In this document: piece after piece, positions 28,307 to 37,686 of the stretch
Numbering within the stretch: the stretch's first letter is position 1
How the letters are laid out: the number at the start of each line of letters is the position of its first letter
DNA from: Deferribacterales bacterium
GTDB lineage: Bacteria > Chrysiogenota > Deferribacteres > Deferribacterales > Geovibrionaceae
NCBI GenBank assembly: GCA_050251875.1
Contig: JBFWMA010000005.1
Location: forward strand, 96,001 to 160,000
Length of the DNA: 64,000 nucleotides
Direction of reading: 5' to 3'
Notes under the pieces: generated by a model
Told to the model about the DNA's origin: nothing
Databases searched by the model: none
The model's input: the letters and a program-made list of their open reading frames with translations, nothing else
Position numbers and translations under genes: made by a program

Positions 28307-31300
28307 TTAGTGTGTGTCCAGCGTTTTGTCCCAGAATCTCTTATGGAAATAGTACATAAGAGGGATGATAAGCAGCGTCAGTATGGTGGAAACCACAGCG
28401 CCTGTTATCAGAGCCACGCCGAGTCCGGCGAAAATCGGGTCGGGAAGCATGAAAAGCGCTCCGGTGATAACCGCCACAGTTGTCAGCACCACGGGTCTTG
28501 TTCTGATAGCGCCTGATTCTATAACAGCCTCACGCAGGGTGCGTCCGTTCGCCAGAGCATGCTCTATGAAATCGATGAGCAGAACAGCGTTGCGCACCAT
28601 GATACCTGCCAGCGCTATGAATCCTATCATACTGGTGGCAGTGAAGAACTGACCGAATATGAAGTGTCCCGGGATTATGCCCAGAAGCGAAAGCGGAATC
28701 GGCACCATCATGATGAGAGGCGTCGCGAACGATTTGAACCATCCCACCAGAACAAAATACATCAGAACCAGAACGGCGGCGAACGCCAGCCCGAGGTCAC
28801 GGAACACCTCATAGGTGATCTGCCACTCTCCGTCCCATTTCACGGACGGAACGTCATAAGTCTCCGGCTGGGCTGTCCAGTACTGCTTCACGGGAGTTCC
28901 GTTCCATTTTATCTGAGCCATTTTTTCTTTCATGTCCAGAATGGCGTACACGGGGCTTTCCACCTCGTTTGCCACATCCGCCGTGATATATGTCACGGGT
29001 TTCATGTTTTTATGATAAACGGATTTATCTTTTACTTTCTCTCTGACGGTAACCAGCTCGCCCAGGCTCACAGCGGCGCCTGACATAGAGATGAGGTTCA
29101 CCTCGGAGAGAGTCTCTATCATGTTTCTTCTGTCTTCCGGCAGTTTGATAGTGATATCAACGGGTTCTCTGTCTTCCTCTGTGTGCAGGATGCCCGCCTT
29201 CATGCCCTGAAGAGCCATGTAGAGTGTTTTGGACACCATCTCGGAGGATATCCCCATGACAGCCGCCTTCTGTTTGTCCACCTGAAGGTCATACTGAACC
29301 ATGTCGTCCTCTTCGTATGTGTCTATATCCACAACACCTGGAGTCTGCTTGAACACATCCATAACCTGAGCCGCCACATCGCTTCTGGTCTTCTGATCCG
29401 GTCCGTATATCTCTGCCACCAGAGTGGAGAGGACGGGAGGTCCGGGCGGAACTTCGGCTATTTTTATGTTCGCTTTATATTTGTCCCCGATCTCCTGGAT
29501 GGGTATTCTGATCACCTTTGCCAGATCGTGGCTTTTCAGGCTTCTTTCGGATTTATCTACGAAGTTCACCTGGATATCCGCGACATTGTGCCCGCGTCTC
29601 ATGAAATAGTGGCGCACAAGCCCGTTGAAGTTATAAGGGGAGGCTAAGCCTGTATATATCTGATAATCCTTAACCTCTTTTACTGTGGAGAGGTAGTTGC
29701 CCACCTCCACTGCTACCATGTTGGTGGTTTCCAGAGGCGTTCCCTCGGGCATGTCGATCACCACCTGCACCTCGTTCTTGTTGTCGAACGGAAGCATCTT
29801 CATGACCACCAGACGGGAGGGAATGAAGAGGAAAGCGGCGAAAAAGAGCCCCAGAAGAACAGCGGTGAAGATTATTCTGTTTCTTCCGCTGTCTATCAGC
29901 GCTGAAAACATTTTGTTGTATATTGAGTAGAGCTTTGTTGTTTTAACATAATCGCACTCGTCCTCTATCTCGCCGGCGTGTTTTGCGGCGTGGGGGGCGA
30001 GCAGCTTATAAGCCAGCCACGGAGTGATCATCAGCGCCACGAACAGCGAGAAGACCATAGCCAGAGACGCTCCGATGGGCATTGGTTTCATGTAGGGTCC
30101 CATAAGCCCTCTCACGAAAGCCATGGGGAAGATAGCCACTATAACTGTGACGGTGGCGAGGATAGTGGGGTTGCCCACTTCGCCCACAGCGTAGATAGCC
30201 TTGTCCAGAAGGTTTCTGGCGCCCAGACGGAAGTGCCGCTCCATGTTCTCCACAACGATGATGGCGTCATCCACCACCAGCCCCGCAACGAAGATCAGGG
30301 CGAAGAGCGTAACTCTGTTCAGAGTGTAGTCGAACATGAAATACACGAAGAACGTCAGGGCGAATGTGACGGGCAGGGCGACAAAGACCACCGCTCCGGC
30401 ACGCCATCCCATTGTGAGGCTCATCACCACTATAACGGCTATGATAGCGCCCACAAGGTGCTCTATCAGCGTCATAACTTTGGTGAACGCTGTCTCTCCG
30501 TAGTTTCTGGTGACCTCAACGCTCACTCCGTCAGGAATGATGTATCCTTTCAGTCTGTCCAGCTTGGCGAGCACGGCGTCTGATACCACCACGGAGTCGC
30601 TTCCCTTTCTCTTCGACAGAGAGAGGGTCACCGCCTGATATTTATCGGCGGAGATTTTATCATTGAACCCGGTCAGCAGGATGCTGTCGGGAATCTCAGG
30701 TCCGTCTGTCACATCGGCAACGTCTTTCAGATAGACAGCCTTGCCGTTCATCACGCCCACAACCATGTTTTTCAGGTTTTCAGCGTTGGTATAGAACCCT
30801 CCGGCGCTGACATAAAAAACCTGATTGTTCTTGGTGATGTCGCCTGTGTTCAGCGACATGTTGGAGCTCTCCACCGCCTTGAACAGACGGAAGAGATCAA
30901 GGTTATACGCTCTGAGTTTTTCAATGTTAGGCTCAATGCGCACCATACGTTTATAGCCGCCGATGATCTCTGTCTTGGATACGTTGTCCACCTCTTTCAG
31001 GTGTTTTTCAACCTCCAGAGCGATGCGGCGGAGCTGATAAGCGTCATATTTATCTGAATAGAATGTGAATGCCATCTGGGGCACGTCATCTATCGACTGT
31101 TTTTTGATGATGGGCTGAAGAACGCCGTGGGGCATCCTGTCCATGTTATAGTCTATCTTGTCTTTCAGCTTGGTGATGGATTTTTCCTCGTCCTCGTTCA
31201 CCTTGAAGCGGACGACTATCATACCCATGTCATTCATGCTGGTGCTGTAGACATATTCCACACCAGGGATCTCCCAGATGATCTCCTCCAGAGGCTCTGT

Positions 31301-31513
31301 TACGGATTTTTCAACGTCTTTCGCGTTGGCTCCGGGATAGGGAACCATGATATCCACCATGGGAACGACTATCTGGGGCTCCTCCTCTTTTGGTGTCATG
31401 ATGATGGACACCATGCCTATGAAGAGGGTGGCGATAACCAGAAGGGGCGTTATCTTGGATGTTATGAATCCGGAGGCGATTCTCGCCGCGAGATTTTTCT
31501 TAACTTCGCTCAT
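28307..31513 (-). CDS. RND efflux transporter permease subunit (AcrB/CzcA superfamily)
   Basis: PKEEEPQIVVP, GLVVDDAIIVVEN, EVPPGPPVL, SMIGFIALAGI.VRN, R.RP..LT. Confidence 0.93.
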   Translation of the reverse strand: MSEVKKNLAARIASGFITSKITPLLVIATLFIGMVSIIMTPKEEEPQIVVPMVDIMVPYPGANAKDVEKSVTEPLEEIIWEIPGVEYVYSTSMNDMGMIVVRFKVNEDEEKSITKLKDKIDYNMDRMPHGVLQPIIKKQSIDDVPQMAFTFYSDKYDAYQLRRIALEVEKHLKEVDNVSKTEIIGGYKRMVRIEPNIEKLRAYNLDLFRLFKAVESSNMSLNTGDITKNNQVFYVSAGGFYTNAENLKNMVVGVMNGKAVYLKDVADVTDGPEIPDSILLTGFNDKISADKYQAVTLSLSKRKGSDSVVVSDAVLAKLDRLKGYIIPDGVSVEVTRNYGETAFTKVMTLIEHLVGAIIAVIVVMSLTMGWRAGAVVFVALPVTFALTFFVYFMFDYTLNRVTLFALIFVAGLVVDDAIIVVENMERHFRLGARNLLDKAIYAVGEVGNPTILATVTVIVAIFPMAFVRGLMGPYMKPMPIGASLAMVFSLFVALMITPWLAYKLLAPHAAKHAGEIEDECDYVKTTKLYSIYNKMFSALIDSGRNRIIFTAVLLGLFFAAFLFIPSRLVVMKMLPFDNKNEVQVVIDMPEGTPLETTNMVAVEVGNYLSTVKEVKDYQIYTGLASPYNFNGLVRHYFMRRGHNVADIQVNFVDKSERSLKSHDLAKVIRIPIQEIGDKYKANIKIAEVPPGPPVLSTLVAEIYGPDQKTRSDVAAQVMDVFKQTPGVVDIDTYEEDDMVQYDLQVDKQKAAVMGISSEMVSKTLYMALQGMKAGILHTEEDREPVDITIKLPEDRRNMIETLSEVNLISMSGAAVSLGELVTVREKVKDKSVYHKNMKPVTYITADVANEVESPVYAILDMKEKMAQIKWNGTPVKQYWTAQPETYDVPSVKWDGEWQITYEVFRDLGLAFAAVLVLMYFVLVGWFKSFATPLIMMVPIPLSLLGIIPGHFIFGQFFTATSMIGFIALAGIMVRNAVLLIDFIEHALANGRTLREAVIESGAIRTRPVVLTTVAVITGALFMLPDPIFAGLGVALITGAVVSTILTLLIIPLMYYFHKRFWDKTLDTH

Positions 31514-32692
31514 TTATTTTTCCTCGAGAATATCGCCTGATTTCAGAACCTGAGCGTTTTCGGTGACAACTTTGTCTCCGGCTGACAGTCCTGAAAGAAT
31601 TTCTGTCACTCCGCCCAGATCACGTCCGGGTTTGATGACTCTCATCTCTGCCTTGCCGCCGTTATCCACGAAAACCATAGTGAGCTGTCCTCTCTGAACA
31701 ACTGCCTGTGTGGGAACGGCTATTATTTTTTCTGTGCCTGTGATGAATCTTACTTTGGCAAACATTCCCTGAGCCAGTTTTTCGCATCCGGAAAGTTTTA
31801 CTTTGAAATTACCTGTGGCGGGGTCGATATCGGGGCTGAGCTCTATAACTTCGGATTCGAAGCTCTCGCCCATGGTGTCAACGCTGACTCTCGCTTTTGT
31901 GCCCACGTTGATTTCGTTCAGCATGGACTGGCTGACATAGGCGTATACCACGGGAACGTTGTTGCCCACTTTAAGTATGGGGCTGCCGGGGGCGGCGAGG
32001 TTTCCGGCGTCCATGTTTTTCTCCAGAACAACACCGTCAAAGGGCGCTCTGAGCTGGGTGTATGACAGATATGTGTTCACCTCGCTTCTCATGGCTGCCG
32101 CCTGTTTTGCCTTTATTTTCACCTGCTCCACCTTCTGCTGGGACAGGTCCACATTTTCCTGAGATATATTGTACTGCTGTTTCGCCAGATTATACTGAGC
32201 TTCCACCTGATCGAATTCCTGCTTGCTCACGCTGTTGTTTTTAATCAGGTTGCTGTAGCGGTTATATGTTTTTTCCGCCAGTTCATACTGTGATTTTGCC
32301 TGATTCTGCTGAGCCACCGCCATTTTGTAGCCTATCTCCGCCTGTCTCAGACCGTTCTGAGCTTCCTGTTCGCTGGAGTCGGCGAAAGCCATTTTCTGTT
32401 CCAGCTCACCGGATTTGATGACGGCGAGAAGCTCACCTTTCTTCACATGCTGACCGGGTGTTACATTTATCTGCTCTACATATCCAGTGACTTTGGGGAT
32501 GATTATAGCGGTTTTGTCGCTGGATATTGTGGCTGTGAAACTTCTGGATGAGTCGGCATCGGTAAGAGCCACGGTGTAGGTCTTCACCTTCACGGTAGCC
32601 GGAGCGTTCATCGCCTCATCAGACTTTTCCTTGCCCCCGCAGGCAGTTAACATGGCAAGCATGGCGGTCGTGACAATCAGTTTGCGAAACAT
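31514..32692 (-). CDS. RND periplasmic adaptor (membrane fusion) lipoprotein
   Basis: Lipobox LTAC, lipoyl halves around a coiled coil, RAPFDG, GMFA, GL..GD.VV. Confidence 0.92.
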   Translation of the reverse strand: MFRKLIVTTAMLAMLTACGGKEKSDEAMNAPATVKVKTYTVALTDADSSRSFTATISSDKTAIIIPKVTGYVEQINVTPGQHVKKGELLAVIKSGELEQKMAFADSSEQEAQNGLRQAEIGYKMAVAQQNQAKSQYELAEKTYNRYSNLIKNNSVSKQEFDQVEAQYNLAKQQYNISQENVDLSQQKVEQVKIKAKQAAAMRSEVNTYLSYTQLRAPFDGVVLEKNMDAGNLAAPGSPILKVGNNVPVVYAYVSQSMLNEINVGTKARVSVDTMGESFESEVIELSPDIDPATGNFKVKLSGCEKLAQGMFAKVRFITGTEKIIAVPTQAVVQRGQLTMVFVDNGGKAEMRVIKPGRDLGGVTEILSGLSAGDKVVTENAQVLKSGDILEEK

Positions 32693-32723
32693 TGCGTACC
32701 TCTATTTTTTATTATATTCAAAT

Positions 32724-32751
32724 ATTATAATATATTGAAACTACATTTCAA
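32724..32751 (-). promoter_or_regulatory. Putative internal promoter for MFP-RND-DUF2892 (TTGAAA-N16-TATAAT) overlapping an AT-rich palindrome
   Basis: Minus strand TTGAAA (32751-32746), TATAAT (32729-32724). Confidence 0.5.
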
Positions 32752-32788
32752 GAGGTTTGTTCATTAACCATAAAAACCCCGTGAAACC

Positions 32789-32811
32789 GTCAGCGCCCCA
32801 TGAGCGCTGAC
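32789..32811 (-). terminator. Hairpin after the tolC-like gene
   Basis: GTCAGCGC-cccatga-GCGCTGAC; U-tail only moderate. Confidence 0.5.
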
Positions 32812-32824
32812 TGAAAAATTTTTA

Positions 32825-34144
32825 CTACTTTAAGTTGCCGGCGGCCAGATGAAGACCTGCCTTCTCAACGATTAGCTGATATTCAGACATATAGAGTGAG
32901 AGCTCTGCCTGCTTCAGATCCACCTCTCGGTCGAGCAGCTCTGTCACTTTAGACAGACCCTCATTGAACCTGTTCTCGGTAATGGTAAGAGCGCTCTGCG
33001 CCGCTTCCACTCTTTTGCGTGATGCCTCAATCTGTTTTGATGCGGTGATAACACCGTAAAATGAATTTTTTATTTCTGACTTTATTTCGAGTTTTTTATC
33101 CGCTATCTGGTGAAGGAGAGCGTAATATTTGCTTTTGGTCTCTCTGACCTTGTTGAAGTCGCTGAATCCCTTGAAGAGATTCAGATCGGCCTGAACGCCG
33201 TATGTTGTGCCGCTTCCGTTGTCCCCCATGAAATCGTCATCGCTGCGCTGATAATCGGCGAAGAGATAAACGGAAGGCAGAAACGCTGTTTTCGCCTTAG
33301 TGTTCTCATAGTCTGTGGCTTTGAGATAATTTTCCATGGCGGTCAGATCCTGACGCTGAGCCAGACCCGCTTTGGTGTATTTGTCCAGATCGTCCGAAAA
33401 CTCCATCTCCGGATTGCTCCAGACCACCTGAATGGTCTCGTCAGAGTCTATCAGCCTCTGGAGCTGGCTCATAGCCACCTGATGCTGTCTTTCCGCTTCT
33501 TTCATCGCCTGCTCGTTCATCAGCAGGTAGCTTTCGGAAACCATCAGGTCGCTTTTCACGATCAGTCCGTTGGTGTAGAAATCTTTGGCGGTTTTATAAT
33601 ATTTTGCCGTGCGGTCGTATGACTGACAGGCAACGTCTTTCGCTTTTTCCGCCAGAGCCAGACCATAGAAAGCCATGTGCAGGTTGAAAAGAGTGTTCTG
33701 AGTGACACGCTCTGTCTGCATGCGGCTGGCGTCATAAGCACGGGAAGCCTGTTTTATGCCGAAGAAAATCTGTCCCTGCATGAACACCGGCTGAACCACC
33801 TGAAGTTTGGTGGTGTAGTTGGTGACAGTGTCGGGGTCGGCGAGCTGTCCTGTGAAATAGGGCATGTCGAAACGTCCCTGTCTCATCATGGCAAATGCGG
33901 CGTTGCCAGGCTCGTCCGTCTTCATTATAGTCTGCGAGAGTGATACCTGCGGCAGAAGAGACCCGATCGCCTGATCCTTCTGAAAGCGCGCGGCATCCTC
34001 CTGCGCCTTGTAGGATTTTATGATATAAGAGTTGGAAAGAGCCATCGATCTGGCTTCTTCAAAAGTAAGCTGTCTGCTTTCCGCCTGAGCGAAGCAGAGT
34101 AAAAGAGCGGCTGTTAGTGCTGCTCTTCGCACGGGGATTTGCAT
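32825..34144 (-). CDS. TolC family outer-membrane efflux protein
   Basis: Signal peptide; two OEP repeats (LLPQVSL, FLPSV); RF.EGL....LLD. Confidence 0.9.
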   Translation of the reverse strand: MQIPVRRAALTAALLLCFAQAESRQLTFEEARSMALSNSYIIKSYKAQEDAARFQKDQAIGSLLPQVSLSQTIMKTDEPGNAAFAMMRQGRFDMPYFTGQLADPDTVTNYTTKLQVVQPVFMQGQIFFGIKQASRAYDASRMQTERVTQNTLFNLHMAFYGLALAEKAKDVACQSYDRTAKYYKTAKDFYTNGLIVKSDLMVSESYLLMNEQAMKEAERQHQVAMSQLQRLIDSDETIQVVWSNPEMEFSDDLDKYTKAGLAQRQDLTAMENYLKATDYENTKAKTAFLPSVYLFADYQRSDDDFMGDNGSGTTYGVQADLNLFKGFSDFNKVRETKSKYYALLHQIADKKLEIKSEIKNSFYGVITASKQIEASRKRVEAAQSALTITENRFNEGLSKVTELLDREVDLKQAELSLYMSEYQLIVEKAGLHLAAGNLK

Positions 34145-34416
34145 CCTGTCTTCTCCATAAGTTCCTTAATCATTGCCTTGATACCATCGTCAGCTATGCT
34201 GTAACATATGCTGGTGCCGGTTCTTTTGCCTTTTATAAGCCCTTTGTTTTTAAGAATGGCAAGGTGCTGGCTGGTCGTTGCCTGCGGAATATCAAGTCCT
34301 TTGCATATTTTGGTAACATTGCACTCATTACTCATAAGACCCACCATCAGTTTAAGCCTGATAGGGTGTCCTATAGCCTTGAGTTTTTCTGAGTACGTTG
34401 CAAACCATTCGTCCAT
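34114..34416 (-). CDS. ArsR/SmtB family transcriptional regulator (Cys-rich)
   Basis: KAIGHPIRL, SQHLAILK..GLI...R.G; start re-placed at ATG 34416 after GGAGG. Confidence 0.9.
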   Translation of the reverse strand: MDEWFATYSEKLKAIGHPIRLKLMVGLMSNECNVTKICKGLDIPQATTSQHLAILKNKGLIKGKRTGTSICYSIADDGIKAMIKELMEKTGCKSPCEEQH

Positions 34417-34447
34417 TTTGTCCTCCGAGCAAAAAATGAATATATGA

Positions 34448-34476
34448 ATATTATTAACTTCCGGTTCCCGTGTCAA
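34448..34476 (-). promoter_or_regulatory. Sigma-70 promoter of the arsR-tolC unit (TTGACA-N17-TAATAT)
   Basis: Minus strand TTGACA (34476-34471), 17 nt, TAATAT (34453-34448). Confidence 0.7.
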
Positions 34477-34641
34477 CGGCAAAGTTATTATTTTTTTATG
34501 GAGAAAATCCGACAAAAAACAGCGGTATACACGGCTTTCAGTCCTGTCCGGGGCTTATCCCATAGGTAAAATGAGAAAGGAAGGGCACAGCGCATAAAGT
34601 AATTCTTGATTTAATTACTATGTCTGGCATATTAGACAGCA

Positions 34642-35565
34642 ATGGAAATCATCAGAGATCTATCGCACTATAAAGCAGAGAGGGATATGGTTGTCAGCAT
34701 AGGCAACTTCGATGGTCTGCATGTCGGACACGCCGCTCTGGCGGAGCGTGTGGTTACGCTCGCCCGTGAGAGGGGGCTGATGAGCGCTTTCGTCTCTTTC
34801 GACCCTCACCCTATGAAGTTCTTCGGAGCGGATGTAAAGCTGCTTCAGACCGAAGAGATGAAGATCAGGGAGTTCGAACGGCTGGGCGCCGACAAACTTT
34901 TTCTGCTGAAATTCGATGAACATATAGCGGGTATCAATCCGGAGATTTTCGTCAGCGAATATCTTCTGAAAACCATGCGTGCCAGATTCATCGTTGTGGG
35001 ATACGACTACCGCTTCGGGCGCAACCGCACCGGATCATACGAATTTCTGAAGATGCTCGAGCCGAAATACGGCTTCACCGCTATCCGTGTGGACAAGGTG
35101 GTGGTGGACGGCATTACCGCATCCAGCAGCAATATCCGAAAATATCTCATGGAAGGCGACCCGGAAACAGCGGCTATGCTTCTGGGGCGCAGATACTGCA
35201 TGGCGGGCGAGGTAGTGCGTGGAGACGGTATAGCCACCAGAATGGGCTTTCCGACAGCGAATATAAAAGTGGACAATGAGCTGATCCCGATGAACGGAAT
35301 CTATGCCGCGGTTGTCCATATAGATGACAATATATATAATGGTGCTCTCTACATAGGCGAACGCCCCACCGTGGCGGAGGGGATGAGCAAACGTGTGGAG
35401 GTCAACGTTTTCGATTTTAAAGACAGTCTTTACGGAAAGACCATAGAGGTCGAGGTGGCTAAGTTTATCAGGGGCGACAGAAGATTCGGTTCTGTGGATG
35501 AGCTCACCGGGCAGATAAAGATCGACTGTGAAAATATAAGGGTGTTCTTTGGCGGACAAAATTAA
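34642..35565 (+). CDS. ribF: Bifunctional riboflavin kinase / FAD synthetase
   Basis: IGNFDGLHVGH, FDPHP, VGYDYRFG, SSS.IR, GFPTAN, G.RPT. Confidence 0.95.
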   Translation: MEIIRDLSHYKAERDMVVSIGNFDGLHVGHAALAERVVTLARERGLMSAFVSFDPHPMKFFGADVKLLQTEEMKIREFERLGADKLFLLKFDEHIAGINPEIFVSEYLLKTMRARFIVVGYDYRFGRNRTGSYEFLKMLEPKYGFTAIRVDKVVVDGITASSSNIRKYLMEGDPETAAMLLGRRYCMAGEVVRGDGIATRMGFPTANIKVDNELIPMNGIYAAVVHIDDNIYNGALYIGERPTVAEGMSKRVEVNVFDFKDSLYGKTIEVEVAKFIRGDRRFGSVDELTGQIKIDCENIRVFFGGQN

Positions 35566-36859
35566 GAAAATATCATTCATCAGCCTCGGCTGTTCAAAAA
35601 ATCAGGTGGATCTGGAATATCTCATGGGCGCCGTGCGTGACGAGGGATATCAGATTACTCATATCCCGGAAGATTCAGACGCCATAGTCATAAACACCTG
35701 CGGGTTTATAGAACCGGCGGTGACAGAGGCTATCGACAATATTCTGGAGATGAGCGGAAGAAAGAAGAAGGAAGCAAAGCTCATCGTCACCGGATGTATG
35801 AGCGAAAGATACAAAGGCGAGCTATTAAACGAGATGCCGGAGATCGACTACTTCACAGGGGTGGGCGATCTGGACAAAGTTATCGGATATCTGAACGGCA
35901 CAGACTGCCGTCCGGCGAATTACGGCACGGCAAGACTGATCGCCAACACTCCCTACTATGCCTATCTGAAAATCTCCGAAGGATGCAACAACAGATGTTC
36001 CTACTGCGCCATTCCCGGCATCAGGGGAAATCTGGTGAGCAGAAAGAAAGAAGATATTATAGACGAGGCGAAGAGCCTGATAGATCAGGGGATAAAAGAG
36101 CTGATCGTCATATCTCAGGACAATACGAAATACGGCACGGATATATACGGCAAAAAGATGATCGCCCCGCTCTTAAAAGAACTGGCGGGACTGGACGGCG
36201 ATTTTAAGATCAGGGTTATGTATATGAACCCGGACGGAGTGGACAAAGAACTGGTGGATACCATATGCAAAACGGATAAGATCCTGAGCTATTTTGATAT
36301 TCCGGTTCAGCACTACAGCGCCAGAATATTGAAATCCATGAAGAGAAAATCAAACCCAGCCACCATAGACAGGGTATTTGACATGATAAGAGAGGCTGAC
36401 AAAGACAGCTTTCTCCGCACAACCTGCATAGTCGGTTTTCCCGGGGAGACCCAGGAAGATTTTGACGAACTCATCGCTTTTCTGCGTAAGCATAAGCCGG
36501 ACTTTGCCGGATTTTTCCCGTATTACAGGGAGAAAGGGACACAGGCATATACTCTGGGCGCCCCTCTGGGCAAGCGTGAGGTGAACAGACGCATCCGGGT
36601 TCTGGAAAAGATACAGAAAGAAAATACCAATACTCGCTTGAAATCATTGAAAAAACAGGACATAATCTGCTACGTTGAGGGGGAGAGCGAGGAGTCAGAA
36701 TTCATCCTTCAGGGCAGGGCGCAGTTTCAGGCGCCGGATATAGACGGGCGGGCCTACATCATTGGCGGGCTGGCGGACAGCGGATACGGTCCGTATCCAT
36801 GCAGAATAAAGAAGATAGTTTATCCCGATATATATTGCGAAATAATAGAAAAATGGTGA
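35549..36859 (+). CDS. rimO: Ribosomal protein S12 methylthiotransferase RimO
   Basis: SLGC.KN.VD, NTCGFI, radical SAM CxxxCxxC (EGCNNRCSYC), IVGFPGET, QAPDIDG. Confidence 0.93.
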   Translation: MADKIKKISFISLGCSKNQVDLEYLMGAVRDEGYQITHIPEDSDAIVINTCGFIEPAVTEAIDNILEMSGRKKKEAKLIVTGCMSERYKGELLNEMPEIDYFTGVGDLDKVIGYLNGTDCRPANYGTARLIANTPYYAYLKISEGCNNRCSYCAIPGIRGNLVSRKKEDIIDEAKSLIDQGIKELIVISQDNTKYGTDIYGKKMIAPLLKELAGLDGDFKIRVMYMNPDGVDKELVDTICKTDKILSYFDIPVQHYSARILKSMKRKSNPATIDRVFDMIREADKDSFLRTTCIVGFPGETQEDFDELIAFLRKHKPDFAGFFPYYREKGTQAYTLGAPLGKREVNRRIRVLEKIQKENTNTRLKSLKKQDIICYVEGESEESEFILQGRAQFQAPDIDGRAYIIGGLADSGYGPYPCRIKKIVYPDIYCEIIEKW

Positions 36860-36864
36860 TACCG

Positions 36865-37686
36865 ATGAGAAAGATCATAGCTGTATTAATATGCGCCGCG
36901 GCGCTTTTTTCATGTGCCAAACAGCAGCCCAAGCTGACTGCTGATGAAAGTATGAAAAAGGGTCTCGCACTGTTTCAGAAAAAAGACTATTCAGACTCAA
37001 TAGCTTATTTTGAAAATACCATCATGGAAGCGGATAACCCCGAGATAGCCGCCAAGGCTCAGCTCTTTCTGGCGGATGCGTATTTCCTTGATAAAAAATA
37101 TCCCGAGGCGATCCCCGCCTATGAACAGTATCTGGATATCTACAGCGACACAGAGGACGCGAATCTGGCTATGCTCCGCATGGGTCTCTCGCACTATGCT
37201 CTGATAGACAAGATAGACAGAGACATGGGGGCTGTTGAGGGCGCTCTTAAGAGTTTCACTCGTCTGAGAGAGAAAGACCCCGGTTTCGCCCGTGAATACG
37301 AGCTTACCAAGAAGATTGTCGAGCTGAGAAGCATGCTTTCGGCGAGGGAGCTTTATGTCGCTAAATTTTACTTCCGCATAGGCAAACCCGCCGCCGGAGA
37401 GACCAGACTGCTCTATATGTTTGAAAAATATAAAGACACTCCGGAATATGAGGACGGTCTCTTCATATACGCCAACTGGCTGGCAAAGCAGAACGGCAGA
37501 GAGAGAGAGGCTATGCAGTATTACAACCTGCTGCTGAAAGAGTTTCCCCAGACAAAACACGCCAAAGATGTTGCCGGCGGTCTGGCAAAACTTCTGGCTA
37601 AAGTGACAGCCGATCTGGAGAAAAAACAGAAAGAGGCTCAAAAAGCCGAAACAAAACAGGAAGAACCGAAGGAAGGAACCAAATAG
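36865..37686 (+). CDS. bamD: Outer-membrane assembly lipoprotein BamD (TPR)
   Basis: Lipobox LFSC, TPRs, DRD motif, ELYVAKFY; alternative start at 36853. Confidence 0.8.
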   Translation: MRKIIAVLICAAALFSCAKQQPKLTADESMKKGLALFQKKDYSDSIAYFENTIMEADNPEIAAKAQLFLADAYFLDKKYPEAIPAYEQYLDIYSDTEDANLAMLRMGLSHYALIDKIDRDMGAVEGALKSFTRLREKDPGFAREYELTKKIVELRSMLSARELYVAKFYFRIGKPAAGETRLLYMFEKYKDTPEYEDGLFIYANWLAKQNGREREAMQYYNLLLKEFPQTKHAKDVAGGLAKLLAKVTADLEKKQKEAQKAETKQEEPKEGTK

